From a virus, in IMG/VR virus record IMGVR_UViG_3300045988_076685, positions 117,466 to 181,465 of that record: a stretch of 64,000 nt of DNA; one strand, 5' to 3'. A model generated the notes under the pieces. That model made no database searches and was not told the origin of the DNA. It was given only the letters and a program-made list of their open reading frames with translations. Shown here in pieces: positions 8,557 through 19,101 of the stretch. The position numbers and the translations under genes are program-made. Numbering within the stretch: position 1 is the stretch's first letter; every line of letters starts with the position of its first letter.

Positions 8557-10781
8557 TGCGCTAACTCTATATTAATTTCTAATTCATTCTTTCTACTTCT
8601 AGTACTACCTTCTAGTTGTCTAGCAGCACTCCAGTTAGAAATTTTTGTAAGATAACCGATAATTCTATCCCATAGACTTACATGAGTACTGCCACATTTA
8701 GGACACTTACTGAATGGTTGTTTTGCTATAAAATGACACTCTTCACATTCACAATTAGGAATATTAAAAGTAACATATTTACAACCTACTTTAGCCATAA
8801 ATTTAAGTAAATACTCATATTGTTTCTGACTCAAATGTTCAGATAAATTAAGATGACAGGCAGAACCTCCATCTAATTCGTCAGCAGCAAATTCAGAACT
8901 ATGAAGTATGATTTTGTCAAGTATACTTATATGTGTATCATTAGGTTTAAATATATAACTAGCATACAGATTAGTATCTGTAGGAACCCAATACCCATCA
9001 GCTTTATCTCTATTATAAAGTTTTACTGAAGCAGATTCTGCTGGTACTTGTTCAGTATTAAATTGAGCTATTTTAGTTTTATGTTTCTTATTCTGCTCTT
9101 TTATAGTACTGAATATCAATCTACAGAATGTCTTATAATAAATATTATTATTACATTCCATTCCTAAGTATTCAGCAGCCTGATTTAAGCCATTAATTCC
9201 AATAGTTAAATATTGTTTATCAAGATTAATAAAACCAGCATCATAAGCAGCATATAAATGATGGTCTTTACACCAATGCATTAAGTCATTGTAAGCATAT
9301 TGATATAGATAAACTCTTTCAAGAATATTTTCTATATATTTCTTAATTCCTTCTTGGAAGTCTTTATGTGTAATCCAATCTACTGGGAAACAACATTTAT
9401 TAGTGTCAATATCAATATGGTCTTTATAATCAGACCAAGTATGCTGCCAATCCTGAATAATTCTATTTAAATCAAGGGTAATAACATTCTTACTACCAGT
9501 CATTATTCCTATCTGACCATTAGTAGTATTAAACGTATTTTCTTGTACTGCATTCTGTAAGCGACAACATGAACTTAAACTATCTACACTACGAGACATG
9601 TAAGTAAAGAAAGAATTTCCTTGAGCATATTCATTGCATATATAATGGAAAGTATCTAAATCTTTAAAATTACCTTCTTTATCGGTTAAGCAAGCATAGC
9701 TACATACAGGAAATGTTAAAATACATTTTAGTCTTTCTTGATTTAGCCAATGTAAATAACGTTTCTGTAACCAATTAGTAGAGTTCCATTCTGGCTTTGT
9801 TCCATCTGGAAATACAAATTCTCCAAACATACCTTCAAAGAAATATTTATCGAAGAATGAAAAATTTGTAAATGGAGATTGCATTCCTCTAGCTCCTGCT
9901 ATTTGATTAATGGAATAAGTCACCTGTTGGAAATACTGATCAATTTGACTACCAATAGTTTTCTGTTTTATACAATAATCTGTAGTTATTTTTACACTTG
10001 GTTTAAGATAATAATTATTTCCCCATTCTTTTCTACAGAAGTAATCCATATACATCAGAAACTCAGGAGTAGCTACTGCTCCTTTAATTTCGGAAGCTAA
10101 TGCAAAGTTTAAATTTACATAAATACCACAGAATGAATCAAGATTCTTTGGAACGGCTGATTTACCTCCTAACTTTTCTAATCCTGACAACAGGAAAGGA
10201 TACATAGAAGCTGCCATACAATATGGTTCTCCTACTTGAGAAGATGAATCATGAGGATACAAAATAGTTTTAAAGTCATTCCTCATAATCTTTATATTAA
10301 AGTTAGGATCTCTCTTCTTTACAAAACTTTCCCACCATTCTGTATTAGTAAGTTTATTATCGACTTTATGTATTTCAGCGTTTAATACTCCAATACCTTT
10401 AGTTCCAACATTACTATTGTCATCAATAGTAGCGTTAGCAGTATTATCAGATTTTACAAAATTATGAATAAATTTAATATCCCTAGTAGCATGATTTCTA
10501 ATGTCCTCACGTTCTTTACGATATAGAATATATTTTTTAGCTACGTCGTGATATCCTAAATCCATTAAGAGTTCTTCAATTTGGTCTTGAATATCCTCAA
10601 TAGATTGATCTTCAGTTTCTACTACAGAATTAGTTATCTCAGTAACTGCTCTGTAAATATCTTCATCTATTGTTTTACTAGAATTTTGGGTAACTCCAAA
10701 AGCCTTTAATACAGCATCTCTAATTTTGTTTCTGTTAAACTTTTCTTTAATTCCGTCTCTCTTTATTACCATAAATAACAT
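8553..10781 (-). CDS. nrdD: anaerobic ribonucleoside-triphosphate reductase (class III RNR)
   Basis: 742 aa; N-terminal ATP-cone (VIKRDGIKEKFNRNKI), C-terminal CxxC zinc ribbon (CPKCGSTH) and glycine-radical motif RIIGYLT. Confidence 0.8.
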   Translation of the reverse strand: MLFMVIKRDGIKEKFNRNKIRDAVLKAFGVTQNSSKTIDEDIYRAVTEITNSVVETEDQSIEDIQDQIEELLMDLGYHDVAKKYILYRKEREDIRNHATRDIKFIHNFVKSDNTANATIDDNSNVGTKGIGVLNAEIHKVDNKLTNTEWWESFVKKRDPNFNIKIMRNDFKTILYPHDSSSQVGEPYCMAASMYPFLLSGLEKLGGKSAVPKNLDSFCGIYVNLNFALASEIKGAVATPEFLMYMDYFCRKEWGNNYYLKPSVKITTDYCIKQKTIGSQIDQYFQQVTYSINQIAGARGMQSPFTNFSFFDKYFFEGMFGEFVFPDGTKPEWNSTNWLQKRYLHWLNQERLKCILTFPVCSYACLTDKEGNFKDLDTFHYICNEYAQGNSFFTYMSRSVDSLSSCCRLQNAVQENTFNTTNGQIGIMTGSKNVITLDLNRIIQDWQHTWSDYKDHIDIDTNKCCFPVDWITHKDFQEGIKKYIENILERVYLYQYAYNDLMHWCKDHHLYAAYDAGFINLDKQYLTIGINGLNQAAEYLGMECNNNIYYKTFCRLIFSTIKEQNKKHKTKIAQFNTEQVPAESASVKLYNRDKADGYWVPTDTNLYASYIFKPNDTHISILDKIILHSSEFAADELDGGSACHLNLSEHLSQKQYEYLLKFMAKVGCKYVTFNIPNCECEECHFIAKQPFSKCPKCGSTHVSLWDRIIGYLTKISNWSAARQLEGSTRSRKNELEINIELAQ

Positions 10782-10878
10782 TTATAAATTAACATTTTAA
10801 ATCATCTACGAAATAAGCACTATAATACTAGTACTGAACTAATAATATAGTGCTTATATAGTTATTTCAAAATATTAT

Positions 10879-11673
10879 TTACAAAGTTAAAATGCTGTTT
10901 ACTAGTAAAGTTTTCTCAACCTGATTCATAATATCCTTTTTCATAGAATCAGTTATAATTTGAGTGAATGCATTATATACAGTAAACATATTTGCGTTAT
11001 CATCTGATATAAGATATGGACTATCTTTTTTATCAAATAATAATTTATAAGCATCGATAGGAGTTGATGTAGCTAATTTTACTTTACCAAAACCATTATC
11101 AATAGATTCAGACATACAATTACGAACCCATCTACCCAAATGCTCATTTACAAAACTCTTATCGGTATAGTCGAAATCTGTATCGGCAAACCGTCTTAGA
11201 GTAACTCCTATCTCTGTAGTTTGCTCTACAAGTCTTGTAATTGGTTTAAAATTAATTGGAGTTTCTGGCTCTATCTCATTAACTACTAAACTATCTGGAT
11301 TAAATACACAAAGATTTGTACATGCAGAATTCAGAGCACCTGAATACATTTTTACAACAGCTTTTCTAGTGTCTAGACCATATACCATACCAATTACTTG
11401 CTGATGATTAGCATATTGATATTCATTTGGCAGTACTGCTTCCAACCATACTCTATTAAAAGTTAAGTCAGCAGTATCTATGTCACCATTTTTATTATAA
11501 GTGATTTGATCAGGTAATTTTACATGTACTCTAATATCAGAAGTTAATTTTTGAACTCTTTCTAGGAAAGGCTCAATATATCCTCTAGTAGGAAGATAAT
11601 CTTTACCCTTAATACTAGTAGCTTTTCCTTCTAACACTTCTTCTAAAGTAAACTCAGTTGGCATTCTCTCCAT
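10879..11673 (-). CDS. hypothetical protein
   Basis: 264 aa ORF. Confidence 0.45.
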   Translation of the reverse strand: MERMPTEFTLEEVLEGKATSIKGKDYLPTRGYIEPFLERVQKLTSDIRVHVKLPDQITYNKNGDIDTADLTFNRVWLEAVLPNEYQYANHQQVIGMVYGLDTRKAVVKMYSGALNSACTNLCVFNPDSLVVNEIEPETPINFKPITRLVEQTTEIGVTLRRFADTDFDYTDKSFVNEHLGRWVRNCMSESIDNGFGKVKLATSTPIDAYKLLFDKKDSPYLISDDNANMFTVYNAFTQIITDSMKKDIMNQVEKTLLVNSILTL

Positions 11674-11890
11674 TGTATGTGAAAAACATTATGTTATCAA
11701 TAATTTCTTTATCTAATAATTTTTGTACTAAGTTATGAGGAGTATCTTCCACATAATTAACTTTATTTACATCTACACTAGTAATATATACCCACTTACT
11801 CCCGTTGTATAATATTTGTCCACAGGGATATGAATCTTTATAACAGATAAGTAGTGTTTTGTTATCTTTAGTAATCTCATTAGTTACCAT
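11654..11890 (-). CDS. hypothetical protein
   Basis: 78 aa ORF. Confidence 0.35.
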   Translation of the reverse strand: MVTNEITKDNKTLLICYKDSYPCGQILYNGSKWVYITSVDVNKVNYVEDTPHNLVQKLLDKEIIDNIMFFTYNGENAN

Positions 11891-12504
11891 TTTAATGTAG
11901 CAAGAAATTCTTCATCAGATACTTCTTCAAAGTCCCCGTCTCCATAAATAACATCTGAGATATTATAGTCTACTATTTTAAATTCTGGCTTACCATGATT
12001 ATGCCAATATTCTTCAACATGTTTTGCATTACTATTAGGGCTAGGACCTAGTGCAATGCTGCAAGAAAATTGATTAGTTTCATAACAATGTCCTTTATAA
12101 AAATTTTGACATTTCTTTATATAATCAATAATAGTATTAACTTCCCCTGGACAAGTAATAACTTCTTTTAATGGAAGAACTTTTTTATAATCTCTATAAG
12201 CAGGGTTACCAGGAGTAGCTTCTTTATAGTCATCTTCTATACCTCCTTCTAAGAGTTGCTTAATTAATGTTTCAAAAGTATCATCCCAAGTATCTTTAAT
12301 GCCATATGCATACATATAAGTATCTCTTATATAATTAAAATTATCTTGAGATAAATAATGTCTAGCATATAACGGATCTTCTGTACTGTCTTTAAATCCA
12401 TTTTTAATAAGCTCATCTAAATCTATAGAAGGCTGAGCCCATTTATACATTTCTACAAAACACTTATGTAAAGCTTCTTTTAAAACGTCTCCTCTATCAA
12501 TCAT
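11884..12504 (-). CDS. hypothetical protein
   Basis: 206 aa ORF. Confidence 0.45.
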   Translation of the reverse strand: MIDRGDVLKEALHKCFVEMYKWAQPSIDLDELIKNGFKDSTEDPLYARHYLSQDNFNYIRDTYMYAYGIKDTWDDTFETLIKQLLEGGIEDDYKEATPGNPAYRDYKKVLPLKEVITCPGEVNTIIDYIKKCQNFYKGHCYETNQFSCSIALGPSPNSNAKHVEEYWHNHGKPEFKIVDYNISDVIYGDGDFEEVSDEEFLATLKW

Positions 12505-12802
12505 CGTTGTTAGTATAAAATTCTAATAATCTAAAATTATCTGCTATAACTAATTTAAAACTATCGGCGTAATTACTAGCTATTACGTTTCTTAGTAAAG
12601 CTAATAAATTTTCGTCTCGTTTGTAACTACAGTTTATGGTAATATCATCTAAGTATACCCACTCATTATTATCATCGTCATATCCAATAAATCCTATTGG
12701 TTTATTACCTTTGTATGCTAAAATAATACCTTCAGTATTTGTATCTATAGCAGAGATGTCTATAGATTTATCGGATGTTTCCGGAAGTCTTATGTCCCTC
12801 AT
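12497..12802 (-). CDS. hypothetical protein
   Basis: 101 aa ORF. Confidence 0.4.
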   Translation of the reverse strand: MRDIRLPETSDKSIDISAIDTNTEGIILAYKGNKPIGFIGYDDDNNEWVYLDDITINCSYKRDENLLALLRNVIASNYADSFKLVIADNFRLLEFYTNNDD

Positions 12803-14328
12803 TAATTATTTCCTTTAATAGTTCCCATCAAAATATCTTTATCTTTTACAATAGTATAATTAATGCTCCATTTAGTATGTCCAAAATTAGCTGTAATATA
12901 ATTACTACTACCATACATACTACCTACTGATATATAATCAAATCGTTTACCAGTAGTATAAGCATAATTATGTAAATCACCTTTTACAACATAAATATGA
13001 GGACTACATATACCTTTTTCTGCTATATAATTAGCAAAGAATAATTCAGTCTGAGGATTTAAAGTAAGAGGAAATTGTCTAGTCTGAGAATTATTATCTT
13101 TACCATGAGCATATAGGAATTGATGATCTCCAATGATAAAATTATCAATAGGATAGTTACTAATATAACTCCTAACATTATATTTAGTCAAATATGCAGC
13201 TAAGAGTTTTTGATTTAACCACTCAAAATCCCCACCATGATTAGATTCTCCTATAGAGAGATAATTAAAATCTTTACTTTTTACTTTCACTGTAAGAGTA
13301 GCAAAGAACTCCATCATACACTCTATAAATGCTTCACTAATTTCTTTATTATCAAGAATTTCAGGAAGTTCATGACCTCCTCTAGTAGTTTCTTTATTAA
13401 ATCCATCAATAGAATCTCCAAGATTAACTACATATACAGAATGATATTCTTGTCCCACAAAAGATTCCACAATTCTAGATAATCTAGATTTAATTTCTGG
13501 AACATCATAAGAAGGTAACTGTACAAAACTACTATATTTAGCATTATAGGCTCCAATATGTAAATCAGATAACCATATAATTAAATCAGGATATTCTGCT
13601 TCTTTATTATTAATGTTTACTGGAAGCTCTTTATAATCCTTTACTGTATTTTTAATAGTAGCTTCAATAAGTTCTTTATTTAAAGACTTAGAGGTTTCCT
13701 TAGTTAATTTAGTAACTAAAGCTCTTAAATCTTTCACTTCATCTTTCTCTATTCTTTTTAAGAAATCATTCTCTTTTTCTCTGAGATGCATTTCTTTTAA
13801 TTCATCCTCAGTATATTCTTCATACATATGAGGAGCAAATGGAGAAGATGCTTTAGTAATATTAAAAGCTCGTAAAATTCTTTTAAAGTCAATAAGAGAA
13901 TAGTCTGGGAAATATCTGCTGACAATCTGCTGGGTTAAACCAGAACCGTAATAAGTATACATTCTATATACACTATTCATTTCGTTTCTAGTAAAGACTC
14001 CTGTGATTGCGGGCTTATTTCTTCTGAAAATCTCAAACTTATATCCAGTAATTTTACCAGTCTCTTCGTCTCTTATTTCCCAAGTATTAGAAGCATCATC
14101 TGTGTCTTTCTTTACTTCTTTTTTCTTAGTATTCTTTAGTCTATCATATAATTCCAATATCTTCTTATCATCTTCATCCTTGTTTTCTTTCTTTCTAAGA
14201 TTTCTCATTGTCATATATACAGTGTTTACATTTCTTCCTGATATAATACATTGATCTTTTAAAGAATGATTGTAATTAATTGCGTCATTGAAGAACTTAA
14301 TATAAGAAGATTTTGTTGCTTGTTTCAT
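12802..14328 (-). CDS. metallophosphoesterase-domain protein (possibly Mre11/SbcD-like nuclease) with Lys-rich N-terminus
   Basis: 508 aa; C-terminal half has WLSDLHIG, NLGDSIDG, GESNHGGDF (phosphoesterase motifs I-III); N-terminal half is K/E-rich. Confidence 0.5.
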   Translation of the reverse strand: MKQATKSSYIKFFNDAINYNHSLKDQCIISGRNVNTVYMTMRNLRKKENKDEDDKKILELYDRLKNTKKKEVKKDTDDASNTWEIRDEETGKITGYKFEIFRRNKPAITGVFTRNEMNSVYRMYTYYGSGLTQQIVSRYFPDYSLIDFKRILRAFNITKASSPFAPHMYEEYTEDELKEMHLREKENDFLKRIEKDEVKDLRALVTKLTKETSKSLNKELIEATIKNTVKDYKELPVNINNKEAEYPDLIIWLSDLHIGAYNAKYSSFVQLPSYDVPEIKSRLSRIVESFVGQEYHSVYVVNLGDSIDGFNKETTRGGHELPEILDNKEISEAFIECMMEFFATLTVKVKSKDFNYLSIGESNHGGDFEWLNQKLLAAYLTKYNVRSYISNYPIDNFIIGDHQFLYAHGKDNNSQTRQFPLTLNPQTELFFANYIAEKGICSPHIYVVKGDLHNYAYTTGKRFDYISVGSMYGSSNYITANFGHTKWSINYTIVKDKDILMGTIKGNN

Positions 14329-14397
14329 ACTTTTTTAAAAATTAGATAGCTGTTACGCCTTTATAAATAAAAGTATCTAGTAAAATAAAAGGTATCT

Positions 14398-14436
14398 AAA
14401 TTAAAAAAGGCAGATACTCTCGCGAGCACCTGCCTT
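14398..14436 (-). terminator. intrinsic terminator
   Basis: 7-bp stem AAGGCAG/CUGCCUU around a palindromic CUCGCGAG loop, followed on the minus strand by UUUUUUAAUUU; directly after the GC-rich gene 14459..15103. Confidence 0.65.
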
Positions 14437-14458
14437 ACTTTAAAAATTATGAATAAAA

Positions 14459-15103
14459 TTAAAATTCCAAACCAAAGAACATATAGCGACCATTCTTAGT
14501 ACTCTTAGATGGAGTATAAGTTACAGTAGCTACTACTGGGTCAGAACCAATAGACTCCTTACCCTGAACGATATCGATCTGACCCTTGAAGCCCTTCTTA
14601 ATAAGTTCCTTAGCCATTTCCTTAGCTGCGGTCTTAGTAGGACGAATAACCTTTGTATCTGGCTCAACACGACCAGTATCGTTACCATCCTTATCAAGAA
14701 TTGCTTCACCAGCCTTCTCGTTCTTTACACGCTCAGACTTCAAAGTCTTCAGTACTTCCTTTGTATCGTGGTCTACCAAATCAAATTTCTTCTGAGTATC
14801 ACGCTTACCCTCAGTCTTAATATCAACAACCTTCCAAGGACGCTCACGTGTACTTACAACAGCACTAGAAAGAGTTACAATGAAACCACTACCAGGAGCA
14901 TTCTTAGTCTTTTTCTTCAAATACTCCAGCTTAAATTCCTTCTCATCATTAGAAGTTACTTTAGCATTCTTCTCATGGAACTTCTTCCATGCCTGTGTTG
15001 CATCACCATTAATATGAAAATTCTCTTTCTCTACCTGTGCTACTGCTGCTTCCTTTGTTTCTGCACTTACTTCAAAACTCTTAAAATTAAAAATTTCACT
15101 CAT
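14459..15103 (-). CDS. lysine-rich abundant protein of unknown function (start taken at internal ATG MSEIFNFKSF)
   Basis: ORF 14459..15139; local GC clearly above neighbours; strong terminator immediately downstream; likely highly expressed. Confidence 0.5.
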   Translation of the reverse strand: MSEIFNFKSFEVSAETKEAAVAQVEKENFHINGDATQAWKKFHEKNAKVTSNDEKEFKLEYLKKKTKNAPGSGFIVTLSSAVVSTRERPWKVVDIKTEGKRDTQKKFDLVDHDTKEVLKTLKSERVKNEKAGEAILDKDGNDTGRVEPDTKVIRPTKTAAKEMAKELIKKGFKGQIDIVQGKESIGSDPVVATVTYTPSKSTKNGRYMFFGLEF

Positions 15104-15231
15104 TTTCAAAAATATATTAACATTAATTCTTATTATCAAATCATCTGCGATGTTTTTTCTTTATCTTTGTAATGCTAATATAATCTATATTTTTTGCCTC
15201 CAAAAAGAAAATTATAAAAAAATTAATTTTT

Positions 15232-15591
15232 TTAGAATGGAAGAAATTTTCCCATTAATTCTCTTATTTTTGTTGGCATATCTTTTGGTTGCACACCAAA
15301 TGTTGGAAAATCGGTACATCCATATGAAAAATCCTCGGTAATGATAGCAATAGCTTGTATTGTATCCTCATCAAGACCTGTTTTTTCTGCTAATTTAGCA
15401 GTTACTTCATAATAAGTAGTTCCAGGCTTTTTCTTCTTCATAGAATTTACTACATATCCAAGTAATGATATAAGTGCAAATTTTAAATTTATACTTTCCC
15501 CTAAAGACCCTAAACTAAAGTATTTACGATATAAATCGGAAAGTTTAGTATAATCAGGTCTCTTGAGTAATTCCGAATCCCTCATAACCAT
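15232..15591 (-). CDS. hypothetical protein
   Basis: 119 aa ORF. Confidence 0.4.
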   Translation of the reverse strand: MVMRDSELLKRPDYTKLSDLYRKYFSLGSLGESINLKFALISLLGYVVNSMKKKKPGTTYYEVTAKLAEKTGLDEDTIQAIAIITEDFSYGCTDFPTFGVQPKDMPTKIRELMGKFLPF

Positions 15592-16600
15592 GCATACAAT
15601 AGAATGCTACTAATTTAAGAAGGTGAGTAAACTCTTTAAATCCTTTATTAAAAAGTTCTCTAGTCATAGGAACTACTTTAGTATTAAAATTTGGAATAGT
15701 TTCTACTACTAAGAAATTACTTCTAATTTTAGGATTTTCAATGTTATAATTCTTCTTAGCAGCCATAGTTAATAACCAACTATATAAAGCCATTTCTCTA
15801 TAATAGTGATAATCAATAAGAGCTCCTTTAGCAAAATTATTTATTAAATCTCCTGTGGTTTTTAAATCATTTACAGTGATTATTCCTTCTTCTTTATCTA
15901 TACTATAATTATCAAGTTTAGACTTAATTTTTAGTATAAAAGGTTTATGCCCTGGAGCCTCTACTAAAACATCTATAAGGAAAGCTATTTCATTACCAAT
16001 AATTGGCTGTTCTAGTAATCCTTCAGGATTTAGTAGAGATTGAATTTGTGTATCACTATTTAAAGCTTCTAAACATATTTTTAGTTTAGCGTGATTTTTA
16101 GGGTCTGTAAATATTGGTGTTCTAGTATCATTATTTTCCTCTTCAAAAGCTTTTCTATCACACCAATACTGAGCACAGTCTGCTAACACTTTTTCTATCT
16201 TTTTATCTGACATTTTATCTTTATAATAATCACACTTATCAGATGCTTCTAATATAATATCGTTAGTAACATTGATACCTTGTGTTTTCTTATAAATATA
16301 ATCTGCCATTGACCCCATTTTAGCAGTAGGTTTACTAACCTCTGTTAGAAAAAAGTCATTAGGTTGTAAAACTAAAGTATGTAACCAACTACCAAATTTT
16401 AAGCTAGCTGTATTTAATTTAGTCTTACCCCAATTATCAAAGAATTCTGTTGGAGAACCATCTTGATCTGGATTTATCTTAGATAATCTAGAGTTTGAGA
16501 TATAATTATTATACTTTTTTGAGAAATAAGTATCATCATCAATATCTTCAACTCTCAAAGTCTCTATCAGAGGTTTAATAGAAATTTGACTTAATTTCAC
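15554..16600 (-). CDS. hypothetical protein
   Basis: 348 aa ORF. Confidence 0.5.
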   Translation of the reverse strand: MKLSQISIKPLIETLRVEDIDDDTYFSKKYNNYISNSRLSKINPDQDGSPTEFFDNWGKTKLNTASLKFGSWLHTLVLQPNDFFLTEVSKPTAKMGSMADYIYKKTQGINVTNDIILEASDKCDYYKDKMSDKKIEKVLADCAQYWCDRKAFEEENNDTRTPIFTDPKNHAKLKICLEALNSDTQIQSLLNPEGLLEQPIIGNEIAFLIDVLVEAPGHKPFILKIKSKLDNYSIDKEEGIITVNDLKTTGDLINNFAKGALIDYHYYREMALYSWLLTMAAKKNYNIENPKIRSNFLVVETIPNFNTKVVPMTRELFNKGFKEFTHLLKLVAFYCMHGYEGFGITQET

Positions 16601-17111
16601 GTAAATAATTGTTAAAGTCTTCCGACTCTTTTATACATTCATACCCATATTCTATCTCTTCTTTATCTAAACTATAAATCTTACCATAAGGACCCCATTT
16701 TTCATTAGATTCAGAAGCTATTAATAAGCAAGGTAATCCTGCTAGATTCATCTGAATAAAATTACTAATAGAATCGTCAATGAAAATATCAACTCTACCT
16801 TTTATATACCGAGCTTTATTAGCACGCTGGCATAAGACTTGATAAACGGGTTTACTAGGATAACCATTATTCTTTAACCATGTTTTACTATAGTCTTTAT
16901 TGCATACTCTTTTAGTACAATATAATTCAGGTATAAAGTTTATTTTATTTTTTATTGGAAGATTTATCCACCATTCTCTGTCTTTTATTAAAACTTGTTG
17001 TACATTTTTTGTTATTTCTCCATCAGACTTAGGATACCCAAATCTTTTTAAATATGGATTCATAAACTCATTCAATGTATCATCTAAATCTAAACCAATT
17101 CTTAATTTCAT
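16575..17111 (-). CDS. HAD-superfamily 5'(3')-deoxyribonucleotidase-like
   Basis: 178 aa; N-terminal MKLRIGLDLDDTLNEF matches the DxDxT/V HAD motif I of NT5C-type deoxyribonucleotidases; FIDDS motif later. Confidence 0.55.
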   Translation of the reverse strand: MKLRIGLDLDDTLNEFMNPYLKRFGYPKSDGEITKNVQQVLIKDREWWINLPIKNKINFIPELYCTKRVCNKDYSKTWLKNNGYPSKPVYQVLCQRANKARYIKGRVDIFIDDSISNFIQMNLAGLPCLLIASESNEKWGPYGKIYSLDKEEIEYGYECIKESEDFNNYLREIKSNFY

Positions 17112-17353
17112 AGATTAAATAATTCCTCAATGTCTCTTATATATGTTACTCCAATACCTTTCTTAGCCAATTCAGCTCTGATATTTATCCAGCTATCATT
17201 GTTATCAAGAATAGCATATGTATCATCGTCTAAATTTAAGTACTTATCAACTTCTTCTTTAGCCTTTTCAACAGCTTCCTCATATGAAGATGCTGTTAAC
17301 TTATGAAGTTTATTTTTATTACTCTGACAAATTGCAAAAATATAATTATTCAT
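17108..17353 (-). CDS. hypothetical protein
   Basis: 81 aa ORF. Confidence 0.35.
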   Translation of the reverse strand: MNNYIFAICQSNKNKLHKLTASSYEEAVEKAKEEVDKYLNLDDDTYAILDNNDSWINIRAELAKKGIGVTYIRDIEELFNL

Positions 17354-17538
17354 TTGGTATTGTTATATATAATTATCATTATTAAAATAAATAATATCAT
17401 TACAGCAATTGGAAGTGATAAAAATATTACCACTACTAATGTTACCCAACTCCATAATAATACTCCAGAAATCTTAAGTAAAATTAATATTATACTTATT
17501 ATAAAATCTATTACTCCTAAGGCTAATAGTTCTCTCAT
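17350..17538 (-). CDS. small hydrophobic membrane protein
   Basis: 62 aa, almost entirely hydrophobic (two predicted TM helices). Confidence 0.35.
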   Translation of the reverse strand: MRELLALGVIDFIISIILILLKISGVLLWSWVTLVVVIFLSLPIAVMILFILIMIIIYNNTK

Positions 17539-18044
17539 ATTAAATTATTACTTTTAGAATAACATTCTAATAAAGTATAAAAGAAATCCATAGGAATCAT
17601 TGCTATTGCTCCTGGACTAACACTTCCTTCTGTTGGAGCCTTCTTCCAACATAATACGAAGGGTTTATCTTTATAGGGACAAGCATCTTCTATCTTAAAA
17701 TATGCTGGAGTATTAGCAGTATGTTTTGCTTGAATATTTACAGGTAATTTTCCTAATCTATCAATTAGATCAACTTTATTATTATCTGTAAACTTACTCT
17801 CTCCTCTAGCACTTACACACTCAGTATACCCCATATCTCTAAGATGATGAATTATATCTGCTTCCCATGCACTTCCTTTATTTCTAGACTTTTTAGCTTG
17901 ATAACTCTTTTTAGTATGGCTATCTATCCATTCATACAAAGTACCATCAGCCATTTTTCCAGACTTATTACATCTAATTTTAAGAGCTGCTTGACTTATT
18001 TTAGTTTTCTCAGAACATTCCTCTATAGATGTATAATCGTGCAC
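17535..18044 (-). CDS. putative PD-(D/E)xK nuclease / Holliday-junction resolvase-like
   Basis: 169 aa; GSAWEADIIHHLRDMGY...ARGES...DNNKVDLID resembles Hjc/VRR-NUC style E..D..K catalytic arrangement; weak. Confidence 0.3.
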   Translation of the reverse strand: MHDYTSIEECSEKTKISQAALKIRCNKSGKMADGTLYEWIDSHTKKSYQAKKSRNKGSAWEADIIHHLRDMGYTECVSARGESKFTDNNKVDLIDRLGKLPVNIQAKHTANTPAYFKIEDACPYKDKPFVLCWKKAPTEGSVSPGAIAMIPMDFFYTLLECYSKSNNLI

Positions 18045-18090
18045 ATCGCCGTTCTTATATGTTATTCTAATAGCAGTATTCAGATTCTAA

Positions 18091-19101
18091 TTACTTTTTG
18101 ACATAATTACTTAATTTTTTTATATAATACTTTATAAATTTTAAAGTATTCTGTCGACCATATTTTTTATAAAAATCACTTATATCTTTTACTTTGAATT
18201 TATGAGGTATAAAGAAATAAAGTAATTCTGGATGATTTCTTCTTATCTTAGCCATATTAAACATTCCAGGTCTATCATTATCATAAAAAGTTACTATATA
18301 AGTAAATCTTTCTTTTAGATCATTTAACATATTTTCAGATAACCATTGTGTCTCACTATTTGGAGCACAGGCTGTCACACCTAAACCTCTTAAACACATA
18401 GTATCTTTCATACTTTTAGTTATGACTAATAAATTACCTTTTTTAGGTAACTGACTATAACCCTGAACCTTTTTAGAGGGCCAATTTGTTAGAAATCTAT
18501 ACTCCTTACGTTTAGGATAATAAATTCTCCATAATTCTTTACCTTGCATTGTTCCTCCATAATATCCGAAGATAAAGTTATCTTTGGTCTTTATAGTTTG
18601 AATATTACCATTTAAAAATACAGTACGACAAGAATATACTTTATATTTATTTAGTAATTCTAAAGAAACTCCTTGCTTACCCCACCATTTTAATTCATCT
18701 TCTGAGAAGTCTTTTATTTCTACTCGTATATCTGCGGGCTCATTTGTTTTAACAAAAGAAGTGTTTGATTGTATTACAGAATGATAATTATTTTGTCCTT
18801 TTAATAAGCCAAAATCTTTAGCTATAATGTCTAATGCTTGATGGTATTTACAAGCATATTTAGTCATAACTACAGATATAAAGTTTCCATAAAAACTTCC
18901 ATTAAAATCATGGAATATAAGTTCTCCTTTAGAGTTACGAAAAAAGGAAGCCGTGGGATTTTTATCTTTACGTAAAGGATTACAAATTAATTTTTTTGAA
19001 ACTCTTACGCCAAGATAATACTCCATATAGGCTTCCTCTGTGTTATATTTAAGTAAGTAGTCCTTAGTAATATCTGGTTTATAAGAAAAATCTAATTCCA
19101 T
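18091..19101 (-). CDS. putative DNA primase (TOPRIM-like)
   Basis: 336 aa; YIVTFYDNDRPG resembles TOPRIM DxDxxG; sits upstream of DnaB-family helicase and SSB-like gene. Confidence 0.35.
   Translation of the reverse strand: MELDFSYKPDITKDYLLKYNTEEAYMEYYLGVRVSKKLICNPLRKDKNPTASFFRNSKGELIFHDFNGSFYGNFISVVMTKYACKYHQALDIIAKDFGLLKGQNNYHSVIQSNTSFVKTNEPADIRVEIKDFSEDELKWWGKQGVSLELLNKYKVYSCRTVFLNGNIQTIKTKDNFIFGYYGGTMQGKELWRIYYPKRKEYRFLTNWPSKKVQGYSQLPKKGNLLVITKSMKDTMCLRGLGVTACAPNSETQWLSENMLNDLKERFTYIVTFYDNDRPGMFNMAKIRRNHPELLYFFIPHKFKVKDISDFYKKYGRQNTLKFIKYYIKKLSNYVKK

Noticed and set aside
9879-10100. Plus-strand 73-aa ORF
   Set aside because: Lies entirely inside and antisense to nrdD; low-complexity hydrophobic translation typical of AT-rich antisense frames.
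12636-15341. Plus-strand ORFs 12636..12818, 13237..13482, 14003..14254, 14586..14795, 14768..15172, 15150..15341
   Set aside because: All antisense to longer minus-strand genes or span a terminator and intergenic region; compositionally biased (S/F/L/I-rich) translations. The region is uniformly minus-strand coding.
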